A stretch of DNA of 64,000 bases from a virus (Duplodnaviria; Caudoviricetes). Below the pieces are notes generated by a model. It was not told the DNA's origin, did no database searches, and saw only the letters and a list, made by a program, of their open reading frames with translations. The DNA is taken from the IMG/VR virus record IMGVR_UViG_3300025018_000093. One strand, given 5' to 3'. This document shows positions 57,029-64,000 of the stretch, piece after piece; position 1 is the stretch's first letter; each line of letters begins with the position of its first letter. Made by a program: the position numbers and the translations under genes.

Positions 57029-57562
57029 ATGCCAGGTGTGATTGAGGTCATTGTAGGTGGAATGTACTCTGGAAAGACAGAGGAGTTAGTTCGCCGCTTG
57101 CGTCGGGCTCGCTTCGGGAAGAAGAAGGTGCTTCTGTTCAAGCCCAAGATCGACAATCGCTATAGTGAGACGGATGTGGTGTCGCATGCCCTAAACAAGT
57201 TCCCCGCCATTCCCGTCATGACCATTGAAGAGATCGAAGGGCACCTTCAGGAGGATACCGAGGTCATCGGTATTGATGAGGCTCAGTTCATCCCTGAGCT
57301 TCTTCTGTTCTGCCATCGCATGGCGAATCTGGGAAAGCGTGTCGTGATCGCAGGGTTGGACATGGATTGGAGGGGGGAACCCTTTGGGGACATTCCAGCT
57401 CTAATGGCGACTGCGGAGAAGGTCACAAAGCTGAGGGCCATCTGCGTGGTTTGCGGTGAGGACGCAGGATTCTCGTACAAGAGGAAGGGAAGCCAGAACC
57501 AAGTGGAGGTCGGGGGAACCGATATCTACGAGGCGCGCTGTCGACGCTGCTTCTTCTCTTGA
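57029..57562 (+). CDS. tdk: Thymidine kinase (type II)
   Basis: GGMYSGKTEELVRR, IGIDEAQF, AGLDMDWRGEPFG, CVVCG and YEARCRRC. GGAGG 5 nt before ATG 57029. Confidence 0.95.
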   Translation: MPGVIEVIVGGMYSGKTEELVRRLRRARFGKKKVLLFKPKIDNRYSETDVVSHALNKFPAIPVMTIEEIEGHLQEDTEVIGIDEAQFIPELLLFCHRMANLGKRVVIAGLDMDWRGEPFGDIPALMATAEKVTKLRAICVVCGEDAGFSYKRKGSQNQVEVGGTDIYEARCRRCFFS

Positions 57563-57800
57563 TACCCACTAAATATCAGCTACTTCCAGCTGAACTTCCG
57601 AGACCCTGGAAACTCACAGGGGTGCCAAAATCGGACTTGAAGGGGCCAGGTAGCATATGTTGTCCCCAAATGACTCTGCTACCCTGAAAGCTTCCCCTAG
57701 AGCCCCCGTATTAGGAATATTCCGTGGTATCTCAAGAGTTTGGCAAAGGGGTGGGTCATCACTAGGGTTCCCAGACCCTTGCCCTAGGGGTGTGCATCGC

Positions 57801-58823
57801 ATGCGATACCTTGTGGACCCCCATCCAGAGTATGCAGTACCCCAAGGGGTGAGTCGGGACTCTGTACTCCAATTAGATGCTGGGTTTTTGCAACCCCCGT
57901 TGAAAGGTAGGGGTTCCCTTTCGAAACCCTATGCCCAAGTCCTTCACACCTTGGGTCCGCATACACGACAGGTGATAGAGGAGCGATATGGTTCGCTCTG
58001 CAAGGAGCGTTGTACTCTCCACCCGCTACCCTGGTTTATTTCCCTGAGTCGATATGACCACGCACGCGAACCGGACACGCTACTCCACCAGCATGACAAG
58101 AGTTGGGGGCAACCGGATAAGGACTGGGAAGCCTTCACGGCGCAGGGACGCTGGTGCGATGCAATGCTTCGTCTGGTGAGCGGATGGAATGAGAGCGGAG
58201 AGTTCAGTCGTGTCCCAAAGGACTGGATCAGTTTGGATGAGTTCAGCATCGGGATTGCGCACTACTGGGCAGACACCGCTCCGAAACTCCTGGCTGACTT
58301 TGTGGCGGCGTTCCCAGAATTGTCGGCAGAAGCCTGGGGTGAGGCAAAGGCTATTCAGATGCGGGAGGAAATCTGGCTTCGATCCCAGATCCGTGCTCTC
58401 ACGGGGAAGCGCGCCCATCAGGCAAAGTACAACTGGCTCTGTGCGGGCTGGTGGTTTGCAGCTCGGAAGCCGCAGGCTATCTCCTGGCAAGCAACGGAGT
58501 GGCTCCAAAGGTATGGTCGCTCTGCAAAGCGGACGATTCAATACTTTGGCTGGATGGAGCATCTCGGGGGAAGCGATGGTGGGCGTATCCTTGCGGCGGT
58601 CATCCGAATGGTCAATTCGGGGGGTGCTAGGGGTAAGATACGGGCCGGGCACCGTCTTGTGGGAGAGAAGGCAACTCCCATGAAGGTGCTGGAAGCCGCC
58701 TACAATGCTCCGAAAGGGGAGGGTGGATACGGTCAGCCGGATCGTTGGCTGCACATTACGCAGTGGCCTGGATTTGCAGGCTCTGCACCACCTTCGCTCA
58801 CGGTGCCGCTACCCGAGAAATAG
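57801..58823 (+). CDS. Hypothetical protein, possible lysozyme-like cell-wall hydrolase (340 aa)
   Basis: NESGEF...DEFSIGIAHYW..LL resembles the E-x(n)-S-x-G-x-x-Q-W pattern of lysozyme-like folds. ATG 57801 assumed; the track start is 57657. Confidence 0.45.
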   Translation: MRYLVDPHPEYAVPQGVSRDSVLQLDAGFLQPPLKGRGSLSKPYAQVLHTLGPHTRQVIEERYGSLCKERCTLHPLPWFISLSRYDHAREPDTLLHQHDKSWGQPDKDWEAFTAQGRWCDAMLRLVSGWNESGEFSRVPKDWISLDEFSIGIAHYWADTAPKLLADFVAAFPELSAEAWGEAKAIQMREEIWLRSQIRALTGKRAHQAKYNWLCAGWWFAARKPQAISWQATEWLQRYGRSAKRTIQYFGWMEHLGGSDGGRILAAVIRMVNSGGARGKIRAGHRLVGEKATPMKVLEAAYNAPKGEGGYGQPDRWLHITQWPGFAGSAPPSLTVPLPEK

Positions 58824-58824
58824 C

Positions 58825-59580
58825 ATGTCAAGAGTCAAGATTGGGCAGCCTGTGGAAATAGGTCGTAAACCCAGAGGAATCCTTGTCGTCATTGAGGGGA
58901 TGGACGGGGTTGGGAAGAGTACACTCACAACAGCTCTTGAAGAGGCACTCATCGCACAGGGCATCCCAGTACACCGCACGCGGGAGCCTACCAATGGTCC
59001 GTTCGGGACAATGCTGCGTGAACGGCAGGCCAGCGGCATCCGGTACACCCCGTGGGAGGAATATTGGCTTTTCATGCTCGACCGGGCAGAACACGGACGG
59101 GAGATACGTCAACACTTGGTACAAGGGAGTGTTGTTCTTTCTGACCGATACTGGCATAGCACCTGGGTTTATCAGGTTCCACGGATGATGGAGCCCCAGA
59201 GTCTGTCAGAACTGCTGGAGCAGGAGGTACTCTCCGAGGTGCTGCGGCAAACTACGTGTACAGACACGAAGTGGGATGCGACTTATGAAAGGAGGGATAT
59301 CCTTGTCAAAGAGGCCGCAAAGATTACGCCTGTCCCGGATCTACTCTTCATTCTGGACCTGAGCGTGGAGAAGGCTCAGAAGCGAATTCTGGAGTCTCGT
59401 GGTGCCCTAGATGTTTTCGAGACAGAGGAACTTCTCACGCAGTATCGTGCCGACTACCAATGCTTGGCTGCGAAGCAGGGGGGTATCCTTATGTGTGCGG
59501 ATCGTCCTATAGATGTGCTGGAGGAGAAGGTTCGCAAACGTGTGCTGAGCCTCCGGGATAGCTCAATAGCAGCGTTATAG
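58825..59580 (+). CDS. tmk: Thymidylate (dTMP) kinase
   Basis: VIEGMDGVGKST, TREP, DRAEH, SDRYWHS and PDL motifs. ATG 58825 follows the upstream TAG. Confidence 0.92.
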   Translation: MSRVKIGQPVEIGRKPRGILVVIEGMDGVGKSTLTTALEEALIAQGIPVHRTREPTNGPFGTMLRERQASGIRYTPWEEYWLFMLDRAEHGREIRQHLVQGSVVLSDRYWHSTWVYQVPRMMEPQSLSELLEQEVLSEVLRQTTCTDTKWDATYERRDILVKEAAKITPVPDLLFILDLSVEKAQKRILESRGALDVFETEELLTQYRADYQCLAAKQGGILMCADRPIDVLEEKVRKRVLSLRDSSIAAL

Positions 59581-59655
59581 CGAACGGTAGAGAGTTTGAG
59601 GCAGGGGCTTGGAAAACAGCGCCAGACCATAGCGCTAGGCCACTAGGATGAGAAC

Positions 59656-62600
59656 GTGAGAAACAAAAACGCAGCTCGTAAGCAATCACCCTCCCCCACG
59701 GCAGCTTCGGAGCTGAAGCCCATCAAGCCAGAGCGGTTTGTTGATCTTTCGGTATTCTACCTGAGTCTCTCCTCATTTCTCTCCGCGCAGGGCAACAAGC
59801 ATCCCCATAGCAGAAAGGGGATGGTCCTTCTTCGAAAAGCGCAATCCCAGATGGAGAGCGGACTGGAGTTGATCGTGCGTCCACTTGTGGATACGCAACG
59901 AGTCCCTCAGTTGAAGTCTCACTTTCAGAAGGCGATGGTGGGGGCCAGTGTGGAGTCCGCCCTCGACAAAGCGCAGTTTCTGTCCGCGTTTTACCGGAAG
60001 CTGAGCACTCGCATGGAGGTTGTCCAGGACGTCTTTTCGGGAAAGTCTCGGACCCCCATCATGCAACTGGTAGACGTGGTGCAGCAGGAAACTCCGGCTG
60101 CGATCCTGCACAATTTGTCCGCCATAGCCCCTGTTTCAGGCATCCAGACCTTCCACCAGTGGGTTGTGGAGGCGGCGAGTATCCTGGGTGCTAGCTTGAC
60201 TCCGATGGAGTCTATCGTTGTAGACACAGCCTCGGCAGTTAGCCTTGCTCGACAGATTCGGGATGTGGATGCCAACCTGGCAACCACAAGTCCCGTGTCT
60301 GAGGAAGCTGCGAATCTGCAAGGGGAGAAGCAAAGACTCTCTCGGAAGTTGGAGCAAGTGGTCGAAAACTCGGACAACCCTAACGTGGTTCTCAGCGGAG
60401 CTGTCAACGAGATCAACAAGAACAAGGAAACAGGGTACCTTACCGAGATTGGGAAGCGTTTGGGGCACACCCCGGATCAAGAAGCTGCAATGATGGTTAG
60501 TGGAAAGTCCATCATCGCTGCCGGAGCGGGCTCTGGTAAGTGCGTTACAGGAGAGACAATCGTTTCTACCCCCAATGGTCCAAAGCGTATCGACGAATGT
60601 GCAGCGGTTTCCACTACACTTTCCGTGGACGTCTCTCATTTGAGTACGGGGTGGAAAGAGGCACAGTGGCTAGATATGGGGGTGAGCGAGACACTGGAAG
60701 TCCAAACCAGGTCAGGGATTCTTCTGCGTGGTACCCCGGAGCATCCACTTCTTGTTTGGGGTAGCGAAGGGAAAGCTATCTGGAAGACTTTGGCGAGTCT
60801 TGAACCCGAAGTAGATCATGTGCTTCTTTTGCCAGGTTTTGCGCGAGAGACAGGTACAACGGCCGTAGACCATGAGGAGGCATACTTGTATGGCCTTCTT
60901 ATGGGAGATGGATGGGTCGACGTCAAACAAGGTCGTGTATCTTGGTCGCGTGGCGGAGAGTACTTGCCTCCGCATTACTACCGCCTGATGGCTGACATCT
61001 TTGAGGTCACTCCCAAGGCACATCCCAAGCGGGATACCCAAAGTGTGACGCATGAGGTGTGGTCACGGAAACTCGTAACGTTGCTTCAGGAAAAAGGTCT
61101 TGCTTTCGCATCTGCTAGGGACAAGAGCATACCTGCGTATCTAGTCTCGGCAACGGACGCGGAACGTATTCGGTTCCTGCAGGGACTTTTCGATACAGAT
61201 GGCACGGCTACAGGTGACCGCGAATTTGAGTGGCTTTCTGCCTCTGAGACGTTAGCTCGACAAGTACACCAGATGCTTTTAGGTCTTGGTGTAGTGGGTC
61301 TCTTGCGACCGAAACATGTGAAGGAGTACCCCGACCATACGTACTGGAGAGTTTTTATCTCCGGTGAGCACCTTAGAACTTTCCAGGAAGTTGTGGGTTT
61401 CCGCTACGAGTTCAAGAAGAGTGCCGACTTGCAGGACCTTTGCCAAAAGGATTGCAACCCCAATATCGGAACGTATCCCCATGTTGGAAACCTGCTGAAG
61501 GAAGTGCGTGAGACCTGGAAAAGCCAACAACGCTGGGACGGTAGAAAGCAGTCACTCCTTATGGATGAGCGTTGGGTACAAGTTAAGCATTACCTACTAG
61601 GTAGTAGGGAACCTTCTAGGGAGAAACTCCAATCGCTCATACAGGGGTGTGAGAGTGAAGCCACTACTACTTTAGGTAGCTTGCTTCAGTTCTATCCAGA
61701 TGCCGTTGTTGCAGTGAAGCCCTTTGGTAAGCAAGCCGTCTACGACTTCACAGTTCCTGAAACGCATAGCTTTATCGCCAATGGAATCGTATCGCACAAC
61801 ACCCGAGTCTTGGCTTCAAAGGTTGCCTGGCACATCGAACAGGGGGTTGCTCCCAGTCAAATCATAGCGACCTCCTTCGCACAGAAGTCGGCGGCAGAGC
61901 TGTTTGAACGCATTGAGAAGTACGGGTCACCCATAACGGATGACGTGGCGAAAGAGGGGTACGGGACCACGCACAGCGTTGCTCGTAGCCTCATTAAGCG
62001 CTTCGCGCCCAACATCACCATGCGACCCTTGATTGAGAAGGGTCTTCAATCAAAGCTCATTCGCCTGGCGATGGAGCAGGTGCAGATGACGCCCCTGCGA
62101 GCTGGGGTCGGAGATCCGGACCCCGAGGAATCCTTCTTTCCTCCTGTTGGGACTGCCGGTCCTGGAGGTCCTGCGGGTGACATTGCGGCGGAGGACCCCG
62201 AAACACCCGACATGGGGACGGAATACGAGAGAGCCGTGCTTCAGGCTCTGCAGTACCATCAGCGGCTGGATGCTCGCATTGGACCCCAGGGTTGGTTGAA
62301 CTGGACGCTTGGTTTCCTGAATGACATGCTCGACCAGGATCCCGCCAAGTTCACTCCCAGTATGAAAGCTTCTCTGAATAAGGCCCTGGGCCGTGTCAAA
62401 TCCGTTTCCTACCGCATTGCAGGTGCATCACAGGGTGCCGACAAGAGCTACTTCTACAAGAACCCCGCTAATCAGTGGTTCAACATCGGGCGAAAGCCTT
62501 TGATGGACGACATGAGTAGGCCTATTGGGGCTCGTCGTTTCGGAACAGCGATCAGTGGGTACAAAGCTAATCTTGAGACCCCTGGGAAGCTCTGGGCGGA

Positions 62601-64000
62601 GACGGGTGGCAACCACAAAGGTGAAGCAGCTCTCTTCACTGCTGTGTATGGAGCCTACGAGTGGTTGAAGAGCAACGATACGCAATTTGGCGGAGGGTAT
62701 GATCACGATGACACGTTGATCAATGCCGCCAAGGTTTTGGTCGGAAATCCGAAGGCTTTGGAGTACGCCCTGGCGCGTTGGAAAGTCGTGCTTGTTGACG
62801 AGGCGCAGGACTTGAACCAGTGCCAGCACGTCATTTTCGGCCTGATCTCCGGGTACTTTGATCCGAATACCCAGAAGCCCTACGAAGATGGAAGATTGCA
62901 CGCGGACACGTACACCTTCATTGGGGATGACAAACAATGCGTGGCTGATGACACTCCCGTGCTAACACCCTCTGGGCCAATCCTTGCAAAAAATCTTCGT
63001 CCTGGCGACAAGGTTCTGTCCTATCGGAATGGGGAAGTAGTTCCGCAGACAGTTCGTCACAACATGAGAAGTGATTGGGACCATGGACTTCGGGTGATAA
63101 CAGAGTCCGGTAAAGAACTTCTGATGTCTCCAAATCACAAGCTGTGGGCTACAAACCCGCAGTTGGAGGACGAACAACACATCGTGTATCTGATGTGGCG
63201 AGAGGACTTTGGATTTCGAGTGGGTGTCACCAATAATGGACGGGATGACTCGCATCTCTATCTCTACGGGCAACGCCCTGTCGCTGAAAAAGCAGATAAG
63301 TTCTGGGTTCTCGATATCACAGAGAACCGAGATTCTGCGCTTCTCCTCGAAGACTGTTATTCTTTGGAGCATCAGATACCCAAAGCAGTCTACCACACGA
63401 ATCATCGGAATGGTTTCAAGGGTTCCTACGAGAAGCACATTCAGAAGATTTTTGCTCGCTTCGGCCACAACGGAGTCTGCCTCCTTGAGAAGAAAGAACT
63501 ATCTTTCGATCTCCCACATTGGGTTGCTCGAACCTTCGTGAAAGCGAAAAAGTACACAATCCAAGTGGTCGCACATGGTCCAAAGGGAACGCAAGTCAAC
63601 CTGGAATGTGGACCGGAAGTAGACTTGGGAGCTATCTCCTTCAAGAAGCGCCCACAGGATAGAAAACTCATTCGCAAGTGGTTCGGCAACTATCGTGAGG
63701 CTCTGCAGTTTGTAGACGTGTTGCAGAAACAGACAGGTGCGCTGGTAGCAAAACACTTGTCTTCACCTGCGGGGTCCCTTCGGATGTTGACAGCCTCTGC
63801 GTTGTATCCGGGGATGGAGCTTGTCCTCTATGACGGGGAAGACGTGGAGATGGATGCGATTATCTCCGTGGATCCTGTGGATCCTGCGGAGGGGGTTGTG
63901 TTTCTGGACTTGGATGTAGAGGATGCCTCCAACTTCTTTGCCTGTAACCTGTTGGTTTCCAATAGTATTTACGAATTTCGTGGTGCAACCCCGGAGAAGT
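59656..64000 (+). CDS. uvrD: UvrD/PcrA-family (SF1) helicase with a long N-terminal extension and two inteins; 3'-truncated and missing from the ORF track
   Basis: Manual translation (positions =1 mod 3) shows no stop from GTG 59656 to the window end. Motifs: TPDQ, AGAGSGK|T, GTTHS, VLVDEAQDLN, FIGDDKQ|SIYEFRGA. Confidence 0.9.
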   Translation, partial: MRNKNAARKQSPSPTAASELKPIKPERFVDLSVFYLSLSSFLSAQGNKHPHSRKGMVLLRKAQSQMESGLELIVRPLVDTQRVPQLKSHFQKAMVGASVESALDKAQFLSAFYRKLSTRMEVVQDVFSGKSRTPIMQLVDVVQQETPAAILHNLSAIAPVSGIQTFHQWVVEAASILGASLTPMESIVVDTASAVSLARQIRDVDANLATTSPVSEEAANLQGEKQRLSRKLEQVVENSDNPNVVLSGAVNEINKNKETGYLTEIGKRLGHTPDQEAAMMVSGKSIIAAGAGSGKCVTGETIVSTPNGPKRIDECAAVSTTLSVDVSHLSTGWKEAQWLDMGVSETLEVQTRSGILLRGTPEHPLLVWGSEGKAIWKTLASLEPEVDHVLLLPGFARETGTTAVDHEEAYLYGLLMGDGWVDVKQGRVSWSRGGEYLPPHYYRLMADIFEVTPKAHPKRDTQSVTHEVWSRKLVTLLQEKGLAFASARDKSIPAYLVSATDAERIRFLQGLFDTDGTATGDREFEWLSASETLARQVHQMLLGLGVVGLLRPKHVKEYPDHTYWRVFISGEHLRTFQEVVGFRYEFKKSADLQDLCQKDCNPNIGTYPHVGNLLKEVRETWKSQQRWDGRKQSLLMDERWVQVKHYLLGSREPSREKLQSLIQGCESEATTTLGSLLQFYPDAVVAVKPFGKQAVYDFTVPETHSFIANGIVSHNTRVLASKVAWHIEQGVAPSQIIATSFAQKSAAELFERIEKYGSPITDDVAKEGYGTTHSVARSLIKRFAPNITMRPLIEKGLQSKLIRLAMEQVQMTPLRAGVGDPDPEESFFPPVGTAGPGGPAGDIAAEDPETPDMGTEYERAVLQALQYHQRLDARIGPQGWLNWTLGFLNDMLDQDPAKFTPSMKASLNKALGRVKSVSYRIAGASQGADKSYFYKNPANQWFNIGRKPLMDDMSRPIGARRFGTAISGYKANLETPGKLWAETGGNHKGEAALFTAVYGAYEWLKSNDTQFGGGYDHDDTLINAAKVLVGNPKALEYALARWKVVLVDEAQDLNQCQHVIFGLISGYFDPNTQKPYEDGRLHADTYTFIGDDKQCVADDTPVLTPSGPILAKNLRPGDKVLSYRNGEVVPQTVRHNMRSDWDHGLRVITESGKELLMSPNHKLWATNPQLEDEQHIVYLMWREDFGFRVGVTNNGRDDSHLYLYGQRPVAEKADKFWVLDITENRDSALLLEDCYSLEHQIPKAVYHTNHRNGFKGSYEKHIQKIFARFGHNGVCLLEKKELSFDLPHWVARTFVKAKKYTIQVVAHGPKGTQVNLECGPEVDLGAISFKKRPQDRKLIRKWFGNYREALQFVDVLQKQTGALVAKHLSSPAGSLRMLTASALYPGMELVLYDGEDVEMDAIISVDPVDPAEGVVFLDLDVEDASNFFACNLLVSNSIYEFRGATPEK
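60541..61800 (+). mobile_element. Intein 1 of UvrD (420 aa), LAGLIDADG type, in Walker A
   Basis: Starts CVTGETIVST, block B GTPEHP, YLYGLLMGDG and RFLQGLFDTDG motifs, ends VYDFTVPETHSFIANGIVSHN followed by +1 Thr. Confidence 0.92.
62938..63963 (+). mobile_element. Intein 2 of UvrD (342 aa), in motif III, with a GIY-YIG-like insert
   Basis: Starts CVADDTPVLTPSG, block B MSPNHKLW, ends FLDLDVEDASNFFACNLLVSN followed by +1 Ser. No LAGLIDADG motif; the insert begins IVYLMWREDFGFRVGVT. Confidence 0.88.

Noticed and set aside
57641-57790. tRNA/tmRNA-like sequence (GGGGCC... start; GGGTTCC arm)
   Set aside because: No TTCRA T-loop, no cloverleaf and no CCA/acceptor pairing could be built.
1-64000. 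Stop-codon reassignment, as seen in some jumbo phages
   Set aside because: TAG, TGA and TAA all end genes at positions that give tight packing and complete domains under code 11.

Overview
The window is best read as part of a large (jumbo-type) myovirus-like dsDNA phage genome. It is GC-rich, uses standard genetic code 11, and every credible gene lies on the + strand, often with ATGA/TGATG translational coupling. 1-36724 is a virion baseplate/tail module: gp25-like and baseplate-J-like wedge proteins, a beta-helix tailspike, a collar-fibre-like protein and several 1000-1800 aa structural proteins including a paralogous pair, interrupted by a double-HNH homing endonuclease. A holin-like gene and a strong intrinsic terminator (37401-37441) follow. 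37548-49367 is a replication module: SNF2 helicase with an intein, a degenerate DnaC-like loader, DnaB with an intein, a stand-alone primase zinc-binding domain and a family A DNA polymerase with a zinc-ribbon insertion. 49360-59580 holds small Cys-rich genes, a DNA methyltransferase, repeat-rich proteins, a tandem cold-shock protein, thymidine kinase and thymidylate kinase. The window ends inside a UvrD/PcrA helicase ORF (59656->64000) that is absent from the supplied ORF track. I translated it by hand; it carries two inteins, the second with a GIY-YIG-like rather than LAGLIDADG insert. All four inteins sit in catalytic motifs of helicases from three superfamilies. No tRNA, rRNA, CRISPR array or stop-codon recoding was seen. 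All family assignments come from motif recognition by eye; no database search was run.
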